The notes beneath the pieces are model-generated. The model made no database searches. It was given only the letters and a program-made list of their open reading frames with translations, and was not told the origin of the DNA. DNA of 64,000 nt, taken from positions 4,576,001-4,640,000 of the forward strand of contig CM000151.3 of the NCBI GenBank assembly GCA_000004695.1. The letters are read 5' to 3'. This DNA is from Dictyostelium discoideum (Eukaryota). Positions within the stretch are counted from its first letter, which is position 1, and each line of letters opens with the position of its first letter. Both the position numbers and the translations under genes were made by a program. Shown here piece by piece: positions 10,726 through 27,586 of the stretch.

Positions 10726-11637
10726 TTTAAAATATTATAAAAATAATAATTAAAAAAAAAAAAAATTTATAAAAATTGTAACTTGGTGAATTTTTTAAAA
10801 TGGAAATAAGTTGGAAAAATTATGCATTACTTTGGCAAAAGCAGACTTTTAAGAGAAAAAAAGTTTTTATAAGTATTTGCACCATAAAAACTTTTTAGAT
10901 ATTTACGATGATGAAAAAAAAAATGAAAAAAATGAAAAAAATAATAAAAAAAATGAAAAATAGATGGAGTTGAAAACAAGAGTGAGGCGTTTTCTTGGTG
11001 TGTCTTGATCTTGACCCCTTCACCAAAGTTAAAACAAATTTAATTCAAAAAAAAATAAATTTAAATAAAAAAAATAAAAAAAATTTAAATAAAAAAAAAA
11101 AAAACTTTTAACCAAAGCAAAAATATAAATAAAAAAAATCATTTCACAAGAAATAAACACATAAACACACAAATAAAATGAATAAATATTTATTTTTTTA
11201 TTATTATTATTTTTATTTCTCATTATTTTGAGATTGTTTTCTTTTTAATTTTCCTAATTAGGATTTTTTTTTTTTTTTTTTTTTTTTTGGTGAGTTTTGA
11301 GATAATAATAAATTGAAAAATTGGTCTATCTTTGCCAATGAATTAAAGAAATGCAAAAAAGAAAAATAAAATAAAATAAAATAATAAATGTAGGTGAAAC
11401 ATTCTATTAATGATGCTTCGCATTTGTCACCTTTCATGTATAGAATTTCTTTTGTGGAGATAGATGTTGTTCCAAATTTATATTGACCTCATTGAATTTG
11501 CATCTGTACCCAAATGGATATTTGAACCAAATTTGTTTTCTGATCTGAGACAAGATAAACTATCTATCAATATAGATTGCAATACGAGTGAGTTTACGAA
11601 CACAAGTGGATTGATTGTTAACTTTATTACTTTCAGT

Positions 11638-11706
<69 letters not shown>

Positions 11707-12496
11707 ATTATTATTATTATCAATGATTTAATTGATGACAATCCGTTGAAGAAGGGAACCATTCCAATCAATCAGTGTTTCATTTACTGTAACAAATGTA
11801 TTTTTTGTAATTCCCAACTTTTATTAAAAAAAAAAAAATATTATTAATTATTATTAAAATAAAATTAAAAAAAAAATTTTAACTAAGTAAAAAAAAAGTA
11901 AAATTTTAACATTATTATTAAAGTAAAAAAAAAAAAAAAAATTAGCCAAGATTTGTCACAATAATTTTTGGCCTTTATAACGTCAAAGATGATAAAAATG
12001 ATTTAAATCTATTTTTAATATGAATTCATAGTATAGTTAAATAGAGCACAAAAACAAAAAAAAAAAAAAAAAAAGTGTTGACCATTTTGTTTTTTGAAAT
12101 TTTTTAACAAATTTGTATTTTTCTTTTTTTTTTTTTTAAATTGATCTTCCAATAGGATATTTCCAAAAAAAAAAAATAAAAAAATAAATAAAAATAATAT
12201 AAAATATAAAAAAAAAATATCCTGTAAAATTAAAGATTATTATTAGAATTGTTTTAAAATAACCCAATATTGGGTTAATTGATGAAAAAAAATAAAAAAA
12301 AAATATCAATCAAAAAAAAAAAAAATAAAAATAAAAATATCTGGTTGAGGTACGAAAAAGTAACCGCAAATTTTTAAACAATAAATGGCCTCAAAATTTT
12401 TAAAAAATAAAAAATTCTTTTTTTCTTTTAAAAGACCATCATAATATAATCCAATATTTCTTTTTTTTTGAAATACAGAAAGTTTGTCACACAAAA

Positions 12497-14931
12497 ATGA
12501 CATTAAACCAAATAATTTTATCATTGATTTTGGGTTTGAGTTTAATGACTACAATCATTAAATCAGTTCCAATGGACCCAACAATTTATATTGAAGGTAC
12601 AATTTTTGATCAATGGCCAGGTATGTTTTCAAAAAATAAAATAAAAATTTATATAATTATAATTTTTAATTTTTATTATTATTATTACTATTATTTTTAT
12701 TTTACTAAACTTTTATTTTTTACTACCTTTTTATTTATTTTTTTTTAAAAAAAAAGAATATAATTATAATTTTGAAAAAACCAACCCAGGAAGTAATGTT
12801 AAAACCCTTGGAATGGTAAAAGCAAAATTGAACTCAACAACAAAAGTTCCAGAACTTTCTTCAGATGATACTAAAACTTCACCAAATACATTAGGTACTA
12901 TGCAATATCCAGAGTTATTTAAATATCACTTTACATCAAATGTTGATGCACCAGCATCCAAAAACTCTGGTAAAAATTTACCAATGAAAATACAATTCAA
13001 ATTAGATCAAGACAATAGTGGTTTTTATACTTTTTTCAATCAAACTTTTTTCCCAAGTAAGTAGTGTAAATTATTTAATTAACGAGAGAAAAAAAAAATA
13101 AATAAAATATTAATAATATCTTTTTAATTAGTTGATAACATGGGCTACGATGTAGATCCATCATTTAGAATTTATAAACAAAGTGGTAACTATCATAATT
13201 TCCATTTTTGTGTAAAGGTATGTGTTGAATAAATTTAATTAGTTTTTTAACTTTTTATATAATTTTAAAACTAATTTTAATTATTTTATTTTATTTTAAA
13301 AATTAGATGAATAGTCGTTTTACTTATAATGGAGGTGAAGTTTTTAATTTTAAAGGTGATGATGATTTATGGGTATATATTGATGATAAATTAGTAGTTG
13401 ACGTAGGTGGTATTCATCCAGCACAAGATGGATCTGTTAATCTTGATACATTAGGTTTAATTAAAAATAAAGTTTACCCATTAGATTTATTCTATTGTGA
13501 AAGACATACTGATGGTTCAACTATTAGTATTCAAACTACTATTCAAGCTTATTGTGCCTGTAAGTTTAATTTATATTTAGTACCAAATTAAAATAATATT
13601 TTAATATTTATTATTTCTTTTTTTTTTTTTTTTTAGGGTATGATTATTGTGGTGTATGTGGTGGTACAGGTGCAGTTTGTTGTAATGCTAAAGCTAATTG
13701 TGATGATGGTGATTTATGTACAATTGATAGTTGCCCACAACCAAATTTAGCATTCCCAGATCTTCAATCAGTTTATAAGAATTGTTCTCATATTCCAAAA
13801 GATTGTCCACCAGCAAATAAATGTCAAGTAAATTCATGTGATAAAACTACAGGAAATTGTAAACCAGAAAATTTAAAGTGCCCAGACAGATCAAATGAGT
13901 GTCTTAAAAATACAGGTTGTGATGATTTAACCGGTTGTAAATATGTTAGTATATGCACAGATTCATGCGATAAAAAAGGTAATGCTTGTGTTGCAGGTAA
14001 ATGTCAACAAAAAACAACTAGCGATTGTGCTGCTGAGTTAGATGATAATTCATGTAAAGTATATTCTTGTAATTCAACTCGTGGTGGTTGTTACTCTGAA
14101 AACAAATGTAAACCAGATCCAACTCAAATTTGTGATGTTGCAAGTTGTGATGATGGTGCTTGTAGTATCAAAACTTTACCACCTGATGAATGTAATTGTG
14201 GTTGTAAACCAAACTTTTGCCAAAAGAGTAATTGTGTTAAAAACCCATCAAATAATCAATTCGAATGTTCTCTTTTACCAGCAGATGGTATTGATGATGG
14301 TAATGCTTGCACTGAAGATATTTGTGATGCAGTGGCCCAAAAAATAACTCATGTACCATATGATACTTGTAAAGGCTGTATGTCATGTAATCCATCAAAT
14401 GGTGATTGTGAAGCTCATAACGAGGTTTGTAATGATTTTAATGCATGTACTGAAAATGTCTGTTCTCCAGTTAAAGTTGGTGCAGGTGTTGGTGAATGTG
14501 TAACTACCAATACAACATGTGCACCAACCACAAACGTTGATAAATGTAAAAACTACCTTTGCGATTCTGAAAAAGGTTGTTATGAAACCGATGTAGTTTG
14601 TCCAGATAGTGGAAATTGTAAAGTTGGTCATTGTGATTCCAAGGTAGGTTGCTCTTTGAAGCCACGTGTCTGTAAATCACCAGCTTTTTGCATCGTAGCA
14701 GAATGTGATGAAACTGTTGGTTGCATTGCATTTGAGAGACGTTGTGCATCAAGTAATCCAAAATGTAAAGCAGGTATTTGTGTAAATGGTACAACACCAG
14801 AAGAAGGTGAATGTGAATCTGTAAATTATGATCCAAAACCATTTATTTGTCAAACTGGTGCTATAGTTTCTACTGCTGTAATTGCTGGTGTAACTGTTGC
14901 TGGTGCTGTTGCTCTTGGTATTTTCATTGTA

Positions 14932-14974
<43 letters not shown>

Positions 14975-15176
14975 TTATTATTTTAATTCCAATTCTAATT
15001 CTAATTTTTTTATTTATTAATCATTTTAAAATAATTAGTATGGTGGTAAACGTGGTTATGATTATTGGAAAGAAAGTAGAAGCATTTCTATGAGTTCTGC
15101 TGTTTCAAGTCCAATGTATGTTCCTTCTGCAAATGCTTCTGAAAATCCACTTTATATTCCAGAAGGAGAATTATAA
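12497..15176 (+). CDS. Psi-family type I membrane protein with a PA14 domain and Cys-rich repeats. Exons 12497..12620, 12790..13056, 13132..13217, 13307..13559, 13637..14928, 15039..15176.
   Basis: ATG at 12497 with a signal peptide ([23 protein letters not shown]). PA14-like core [26 protein letters not shown]. Long exon of CxxC / C-x-C Cys repeats. TM helix [16 protein letters not shown]. Short cytoplasmic tail exon ...[10 protein letters not shown]. Every intron is GTATGT/GTAAGT...AG with matching phases. Confidence 0.8.
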
Positions 15177-15667
15177 ATTAAAAATAAATAAAAAATTGTA
15201 CTATATTAAATGATTTACCAAAATAGAACTCAAATACTCAAACATGGTTATTTGTAACAAAATAATAAAAAAAAAAAAAATTAAAATAAATAAAATAAAA
15301 TTAAATTAAATAAAATTTTTAAATAAAAAAACTAATATTAAAAAATAAAAAAATTATTTGTTCAAAAAAAAATGTTTTGTTGACTTAATTTCATCACCAG
15401 ATTCTCAATTTAATTAACATCATCATCTTTATTCAAAGCCCAAGGTCATGAAGAAAAAATGAAAAGAAAAAAATGAAGAAAAAAAAAAAAGAAAAAAAAA
15501 AAGAATATTTAAAAAAAAATGAAAATATTTCCATGATTAATACAATACCATTAACATTTTATAATCTAGATGATTTAAAATCAGATTTTAAAAATTCTTT
15601 TTCCTTGTTGTCATAACAAATTAATAATTTTTATAGAAAAGATAATAATAAATAATAAATAATAATA

Positions 15668-15709
<42 letters not shown>

Positions 15710-15963
15710 AAATTAATAGTAATTATAAAATAAAAAATAAATAACATTTAATCTAATTTCAAATACTCATTTTCTAACAAGGAATCTGTGATTTTTATAA
15801 TAGTAAAAAATTAAAATATAATACACAACTGTATATCAACATACACCCTCCCCCTCATATCTCATACGATTATTGAGAATAAGTTGAAATGTATGTAAAT
15901 TTATATATAAATAAATATATATATTTTCAAAATGATATTTTTATTATTTTATTTTGTTTTTTA

Positions 15964-17439
15964 AAAAATAAAATGCAAATGGAGTTTGACAATAAAAGTA
16001 AAAGCAAATATCAAAATGATGTTGCCATTATTGGGTTGGGTTTTAGGTTAACTGGTAACTCAAACTCACCCAAATTATTTTGGTTTGTATTTTACTTTTA
16101 AAAAAACCACACACATATATAAAATATAAAATAATATTAATAATTTGATAATATTATAATCATAGGAATAATTTAATTAATAAATTTGATGGCGTTGTTG
16201 AAATTGATAGATGGAGTAAAAACTATTATTTAAATAATGAAATTAAAAATCATCAAGGTGGTTTAATATCATTAGAAGAACAAATAAAAATGTTTGATCC
16301 ACTTTTCTTTTCAATTCCACCATCTGATGCTGAAACAATTGATCCACAACAAAGACTACTTTTAAAATGTATTTATAATAATTATATATACTTAATGATT
16401 TTTATATAATATATATATATATATATATTAATTATTTTATAATATGATAGGTGTTTGGGAAGGATTTGAAGATGCAAATATTGATCCAATTAAATTACGT
16501 GGTAGTAATACAAGCGTTTACATTGGTTTGTTTATCCACAAATGATTATTTTAATAATTTAAAAAATACAAAGGAAACCTTAACTAATGTATTTGGATCA
16601 TCAGCACACAGTGAATCAAATAGAATTAGTTATTGTTATGATTTTAGAGGTCAATCAATTCACGCCAAAGAGCTTTTTTGAAAAGAAGAATAAAAAACAT
16701 TAAAAACCAAAAAAACTTGAAAAGCATAAAAACTTTAGGTTGTATTTATCTTCATCAACTATCATTAAAATATAATTGGAAATTAAAGAATTTTATAATT
16801 CCATCATCTATATCATCTCTATTTGGTGTTCAAAATCAATGTGGTTATGTTAGTGCTAATTGTATTAGATAGTTTTGCAAAGTATAGAAGATCAATTGGT
16901 TTACCTGCTTTGGCTATTAATTTTGGTCATATTGGAAGTATTGGTGTAGTTACTCGAAATGATGCAATCAGTGAATTATTGCATGGCTTTGGTTTGCAAT
17001 CTATGAATGGTAATATTTTGTTAGGTTCATCAGATTTATTTAGTCAAAATAAAGAAATAATTGATAATGATTATAGTAATATTATTGTAAGCAGTTTAAA
17101 TTTTGAAAATTTAAAATTCAGTCATTTGTTTACAAATAAATCTGCTTTTAAACTTAATTCAATATCAAATAATAATAATATCTATGGTAATAACAATAAT
17201 AATAATAATAGTAAGGATATATATCTCAATTGGTAATTTCAAAAATTGACTATTTATTATCAATTAATTAATAAAATATTAATTCAAATATACCATTATC
17301 AGAATTTGGCGGAGATAGTTCAATAATTACTCAAATTAAAAATTGGTTAGATAAATTTAAAAATAACCACTTTACAATATCTGAAATTCAAAAATATTCA
17401 ATTAATGATATAATTAAAAAATTAATAATTAACAAATAA
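15964..17439 (+). pseudogene. Polyketide synthase remnant. The KS N-terminus (2 small introns) is joined to the KR C-terminus and ACP, with frameshifts and an internal deletion.
   Basis: MQMEFDNKSKSKYQNDVAIIGLGFRLTGNSNSPKLFW | [16 protein letters not shown]...DPQQRLLLK | [26 protein letters not shown] is a typical Dictyostelium PKS KS start. A +1 shift follows (attggtttgtttatcc), then STNDYFNN...NRISYCYDFRGQS, which ends without the DTACSSSL active site. From about 16790 the frame reads GVQNQCGYVSANC (1-nt shift) then LDSFAKYRRSIGLPALAINFGHIGSIGVVTRND.. (KR C-term). At 17290-17439 the frame reads EFGGDSSIITQIKNWLDKF...LIINK* (ACP-like GxDS). Confidence 0.6.
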
Positions 17440-17608
17440 GATAAATATATAATTATGTCTTATAATTTTATTTAATGTTTACTATTTGATTAATTTTTAA
17501 AACATGTTTCAAAAAAAATTAAAAAAAAACAAAAAAAAAAAATATAATAATAAAAATAATAAGAAAAATAAAAATGATAATATATTTATAAAAGGTTTTG
17601 AATGCTGT

Positions 17609-19098
17609 TTATTCTGAAATGTTTTTAGTTCCTCTTAAACGACCAGTACGACGGGCAGCAATTAAACCAACTTTCTTACCAGCTGGATCGTCTCTCTTGG
17701 TTGTAGTGGCATGACCAACATGTTGATGATTACCACCACCGTGTGGATGTTCTACTGGATTCATAGCAACACCTCTAACCTTTGGCCAGTTATTCTTCTT
17801 AACTCTGTATTTGTGGAAAGCACGACCAGCTTTGAGCATTGGTTTATCGATACGACCACCACCGGCAACAATACCGATCATAGCACGAGCTAATGAAGAA
17901 ACGTTCTTCTTTGAACCTGATGGTAATTTGATACGGGTAACACCTTCATCTGGGTTGTGTGAGACGATGGTAGCATAGTTACCTGAACAACGAGCAACAG
18001 CACCACAATCACCGAGTTTTTCTTCAACGTTGCAAATGATGGTACCTTCTGGGAGTTTACCAATTGGGAGGATGTTACCAATGGTGAGGGTGGCTTTTTT
18101 ACCAGCGAAAACAAATTGACCAGTGTGCATACCTTCTGGGGCGATGAATAATTGTTTGTCTAATTTGAATTGGGTTAAGCCTTTGAAAACAACACGGGCT
18201 AATGGAGCACCTCTACCTGGATCGTGGATGATCTCCTTGACAACACCTTTAACGTAACCTTGACGTTCGGCATAATCTAAGGCACGGAAACGTGGGGTAC
18301 CTTTACGGTGGTGAGTGTGTGCACCGAAAACTGAACCGGCTTTACCTTTTCTTTGAGCTAAATTTTTTAAAAAAAAAAAAAAAATAAAAAAATTGATATA
18401 GATTAATACCTTTTTTTTTCGTTTTTTTATTTTTTTTTTTGGGAAAACCAATGAGAAGTTTAATTTTTTTTTTTTTTTTGAAAATAAAATAAAATAAATG
18501 CTATAAATTGATTATTTTTTTTTTTATTATGTGTGATTCTAATAAATTTTAAAGATTATCCAATTTATGGTCATTTCTAAACTATCTTTCTTGATAAAAT
18601 AATCCCATTATGTATCAAAAAACTAGTTTATTATTAACCAAAAAATAAGATAACCTAACCCTGGTTTCAACTCTAATTTACTAATGAAATATTCCAATTT
18701 TTTTTTTTTATTTTTTTTTTTTATGGTTTTTTTTTTTTCGGTTTTTTATTTATTATTTTTTATTTTTTATTATTACTACTACTACATTATCTCTTAATCA
18801 TCAATAACTATTCCTGTATTCTAACTAGTTGAATGAAATCTTAAATATAAAAAAAAGGTATCCAAAAATATTTATTTAAAAGAAAATTGAAATTTTATTT
18901 TTTTTTGATTGTTTTTTTTTTTGTTTTGATTATTTAATTTTACTGATAATTATATTATTTTATTTATTTTTATTGGTAATTATTTTATTTTTATATTATT
19001 TATTTATTTATTTATTTTTTTAAAAAAAAAAAAAAAATAAAAGTTATCAAAGGTTAACAAAGAGATAAAAATTATTTACCTCTGATTATTCTACCCAT
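17609..19098 (-). CDS. rpl8: 60S ribosomal protein L8 (uL2). Exons 19098..19080, 18357..17609.
   Basis: Exon 2 encodes [20 protein letters not shown]...[11 protein letters not shown]...[14 protein letters not shown]...[53 protein letters not shown]...[14 protein letters not shown], an unambiguous uL2. Exon 1 was inferred as ATGGGTAGAATAATCAGAG (MGRIIR+G) at 19098-19080 with GTAAAT donor and ttag acceptor. This implies an intron of about 720 nt. Confidence 0.8.
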
Positions 19099-19898
19099 TT
19101 CGCGTTTTTATCTGTATATCAAAAAAGTGAACAATGCCGCGTTTTGCGTTAATTTTTTTTTTGGTGGAGTCTACCGAAAAAAAAAAAATTCAAAAAAAAA
19201 AAAAAAAAAAGATGCCACCCACTAAAAATTTGAGTTTTTTACATAACCTTTACATAAAGTTATGTAAAAAAAAAAAGATTTGAAAAAAAAAAAAAAAAAA
19301 AAAAAAAGCGAAAATAAAATTTTAAAAAATCTAGGGAAATTTAACAAAAAAAGTAATAAGCAAGGACTATAATTAAAATTAATATTAATTTTTTTTTTTT
19401 TTAAATCAAATACGATTGTTGAATAATATTAAAAAAAAAAAAAAAAAAAAAGAAAAAGGAATTTAATAAAAATTTAAAAATAGAACCCATTCCTTTTTTT
19501 TTTTCTAATTGTTTTTTTTTTTTTACCACAAATCTTGGAAAAAAAAAATAAAATAAAAAAAAAAAAAATAAAAAAAAAAAAAAAAAAAAAATTTTAATTT
19601 AATTTGATTAAACCAATAAATAATTGATAAAGAAAAAACACTTTTGTTATTTTTTTAATTTTTTAATTTTTTCTTATTGATAACCAAAACTAAAAATTAT
19701 TCTGCCAACCTAAAAAAATGGAAATAAAAATAAAAATAAATTAAATTAATTTTTAATTTATAGAAATTGATTAAAAAATAAAAAAATAAGAACAAATTAA
19801 AGACAAAAAAATAAAACAAAAAACTTAATTAAACAAATAAAAAAAAAATGTAAAAAAAATTAAATTTTAGAATTTTTTTTTTCACTTGAAACATCAAA

Positions 19899-19934
<36 letters not shown>

Positions 19935-19965
19935 TTTACAACGAACACAAAAAAAAACACAAAAA
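19099..19965. promoter_or_regulatory. Putative bidirectional promoter region between rpl8 (minus) and the BolA-like gene (plus). Contains the palindrome tacataac-ctttacataaa-gttatgta at about 19243-19272.
   Basis: Head-to-head gene arrangement. The inverted repeat is directly visible. No experimental support. Confidence 0.35.
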
Positions 19966-20121
19966 ATGATTTCAAGATTAATTAAACAAACAACAAAAGT
20001 TAACCAAATTAGAACATTTTGTTCAATTACTAATGATCCAAAAGGAGATAAAATTAGAGATTTATTAAATACAGCTTTTAAAACCATCAACATTAAATGT
20101 TATAGATATGTCTGGTATGTA

Positions 20122-20161
<40 letters not shown>

Positions 20162-20426
20162 CTCAAAAAATATAATATTAACCTTAAACTAAAAATCCAA
20201 TATTCATAAATCCAATTTCTGACTATTTAATTATTGTTGTTTTTTTTTTTTTTTTGGTTCAATTTATTATGTAGGTGGTTGTGGTTCTATGTATAAAATT
20301 GAAATTGTATCACCAGAATTTAAAGGTAAATCAATGATAAATCAACATAGAAAAGTTAATCAAATTTTAAAAAGTGTCATACCGTCACTCCATGGTTTAA
20401 CTTTAGTTACTAAATCTGATGAATAA
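19966..20426 (+). CDS. BolA3-like protein (mitochondrial Fe-S assembly factor family). Exons 19966..20114, 20275..20426, with an apparent 1-nt frame break near 20095.
   Basis: Exon 2 is [50 protein letters not shown]. The exon 1 end in frame +1 is VIDMSG. Together they give the BOLA3 signature V.D.SGGCG.MY.I.I.SEEFKGK..HR.VN..L...HGL.I.T. The N-terminal 44 aa ([20 protein letters not shown]...[17 protein letters not shown]) look like a mitochondrial presequence plus the BolA helix 1, but sit in frame 0. Intron GTATGT...tag. Confidence 0.65.
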
Positions 20427-20610
20427 ATAATAAAAATAATTAATAATAATGGTAATAAAAAAATAAACTTTACAACATGTATATTTGCAAATAAATATGT
20501 ATATGCATATATATATACTGAGAGTTATCTCTCCTTTTTATTGTTTTTTTTATTTTTTTTATTTTTTTTATTTTTCCACTTTATTTTTGTTTATTTTTAT
20601 CTTTTTTTAT

Positions 20611-21975
20611 TTATTTACGACCTGGACGAGATGGTTTGGAGAAAGCTTTTTTCTCTTCAACCTTTGGTGGGTGAAGTTCGTTGATAATTGATTCTTCAGA
20701 GATTTCACTTGGTGAGTTAATTTCAAGTTTTAAGTCAATCTTTACATTATGACTAGTAACAAGTTGTTCAACATTTGCTTTGCTACTTGAGAATAACATT
20801 CTCTTACGAACTGGTGCACTCTTGGTACCATTTGAACCATCTGGGCATGAATAAATGTAAACTAAAATAATAATAATCATAATAATAGAGTGTTAGTGTA
20901 TATATATATATATATATTAAAATTAATAATAATCAATTATATATTAAAATAATAAAAACTACATACTAATTGAATCTAAATTTTCACCTTCATGTTGATG
21001 AGAATATCTGAAAAAGTGGAAACTTGGTTCAGTTGATGAAATTTTTGAAGAGATTGCTTCAATATCAATATTTGAAGATGAAGAGAAAATGATTTTTTCA
21101 TCATCAACATTGACTGATAATTCAATGTAATTGAATTTTTTATTTATGAAATTTGAAACAGCAGTGGATGCATCAGAATCAACTGGGAATGAAATACCAT
21201 GAACATGCATACCACTACCACCACCACCAACGAATAAACCTTGTTCTTTTTCATCATTTCTTTGTTGTTCTTCCATTGTTAATGGTGCTTCTGATTCTTG
21301 ATGAAGTTTATGTTGTTGATATCCTTTTTTTGAGAAATCATTCTATAAAAAAAAAAAAAAGATAAAAAAAAGAAATATTGTATTAGTAATCTTTTTTTAA
21401 TTAATTAATTAAAATAATAAATAATAAGACATACCATATTTGAAGAATAAATTTCATCAACGAAATGAGATGCACCAAGTTCTCTTTTTAAGTTACCTCT
21501 AGTTGCAGCGTATGTCATTTTCTCTCTAACTTTAGCATTATCTGGAACGAAAAACATAAAGATCCAATTGTAACCTGTTAATTCAATACTCTTATCATCT
21601 TTTTTGTAAAGGATATAACATGGTGAATCCTTTTGAAGAACAGAATGTGCTAATTCTAAATCTGTTTCAAAATCTGATTGAACATTTAATTTTTGATCAA
21701 CAACCAATTCATCTATATAATAATAATAATAATAAATAATAAATAATAAATAATAAATAATAAATAATAATATATTTTTTTTATATTTTTTATTTTATTA
21801 ATATTATAATTATAAGAGGGGTGTTAGTAGAAAATTAAAATTAAAATATATATAATTTATTTATTTACTTACCATTTTTAATGACAACTTTAATTAAACG
21901 AACATCTCCAGTATTGGCTGAACCAAAAGCTGAAATTAATTCTTGTGATGCTGGGATACCACTTGAGTGACTCAT
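20611..21975 (-). CDS. twfA: Twinfilin (two ADF-H domains). Exons 21975..21873, 21712..21435, 21342..20967, 20871..20611.
   Basis: MSHSSGIPASQELISAFGSANTGDVRLIKVVIKN.. / ..SPCYILYKKDDKSIELTGYNWIFMFFVPDNAKVREKMTYAATRGNLKRELG.. is ADF-H 1. ..STAVSNFINKKFNYIELSVNVDDEKIIFSSSSNIDIEAISSKISSTEPSFHFFRYSHQ.. / IYIYSCPDGSNGTKSAPVRKRMLFSSSKANVEQL is ADF-H 2. All introns are GTAAGT/GTATGT...AG with consistent phase. Confidence 0.8.
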
Positions 21976-22194
21976 TATTTAATATCGTTCGTGTGTGTAA
22001 AATTTACTTTTTTTTTTTTTTTTATGAATACAGTTTCTTTTGTTTTTATTTATTATTATTTAATTTTTAATTAATACTTAAATGTGTATAATTAAAATAT
22101 AATAATAGTGTTTATAATAATACAATTATTGAATATATAATATAAGAATATATTTTTTAAAAAATTGTTTTTTAAAAAAAAAAAAAAAAATCTA

Positions 22195-22239
<45 letters not shown>

Positions 22240-22468
22240 TTTTTATTTTTTTTATTTTTTTTTGGGTTTTATTAATTAAATGAATAATATTTTCATTGCA
22301 CTGAAAAAAAAAAATTTTAAAAAAATTAAAATAAAACAATTATTTATGTTTTAAGAAAAAAAAAAAAAAAAAAAAAAAAAAACAAGTTATGTAATAATTT
22401 AACAAATACTTAAAATGCAAGATAAAAGAGGGTGGTATAACATAAAAATAATTTAAATTTAAAAAATA

Positions 22469-22503
<35 letters not shown>

Positions 22504-22645
22504 CCAACATTAAAAAAATCTAATATTAAATTTGAAATAAAATAAAAATAAAAATCTATTTTTAGAAAAAAAAAAAAAAAAAAAAAAATATTCAAAACAA
22601 GAGGTTTTAAGTTTTGTTATTTTTTTATATTTTTTTTTTTTATTT

Positions 22646-26779
<4,134 letters not shown>

Positions 26780-26819
26780 CGATTTATTATTGTTATTATT
26801 ACTATTACTATTATTGTTA

Positions 26820-26854
<35 letters not shown>

Positions 26855-27122
26855 GTTGTTATTAATTTCATTAAAGTCTTCCCAAAATGATGAAATTTGA
26901 TTTTCACCAAATTCATCTTTTTTAATTAATTTATTCGAAACTTCTCTTTTTGAAAAACTATCACGTCTTTGGTAATTTCCATTTTGTTGTAAAAATGCAT
27001 CACTATCACGTCTTTGATAATTTCTTCGGTCCTAAATAAAAAAAATATAAAAAAAATATAAAAAAAAAAAAAAAAAAATATCATATAATAATTATATTTA
27101 AAGTTTAGTGAAATTGTGTCAA

Positions 27123-27189
<67 letters not shown>

Positions 27190-27299
27190 TAAATTCTTAC
27201 TCTTCTACTTTTAATATTTTCATCGTTTGCAATGTCAATATTCATATTGTTATTATTTTCTATATTTTCTTTTGAAGAAAACATTTATTTATTTATTGA

Positions 27300-27360
27300 A
27301 TATATATATATATATGTATATGTATGTGTATGTGTATGTGTGTGTGTGTATGTATGTATG
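27300..27360. repeat. (TA)n/(TGTA)n/(TG)n compound microsatellite.
   Basis: tatatatatatatgtatatgtatgtgtatgtgtatgtgtgtgtgtgtatgtatgtatg, read directly. Confidence 0.9.
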
Positions 27361-27532
27361 TTTATATATCAATATAATAGGATTATTTATCTTTTCTTTA
27401 AAGAAAAGAATAAAATTTATATTATTTAAATTATTATTATTATTATTTTTTTGAATAATTATTTTTATTATAAAATAAAATAAAATAAAATAAAAATTTA
27501 GGAGAAGGGATTGAATATTTTTTAATAATGAA

Positions 27533-27586
<54 letters not shown>

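Noticed and set aside
11464-11847. Plus-strand ORF of 127 aa with a poly-Ile run, and its antisense ORF 11478..11771.
   Set aside because: Poly-I/L from an (ATT)n microsatellite. Flanking sequence has no splice context or similarity and was treated as intergenic. A weak C/D-box-like pattern (aatgatgc ... ctga) at about 11400-11560 is too long and lacks a terminal stem, so no snoRNA is called.
17609-18451. ORF-track start codons (for example 18451 for rpl8, 47059 for the PP2C-like gene, 57753 for FNIP copy 1, 8523 plus strand).
   Set aside because: Inspection shows these are TTG or GTG codons translated as M by the ORF finder. True initiators were reassigned to ATGs at 19098 (spliced), 47023, 57744 and so on.
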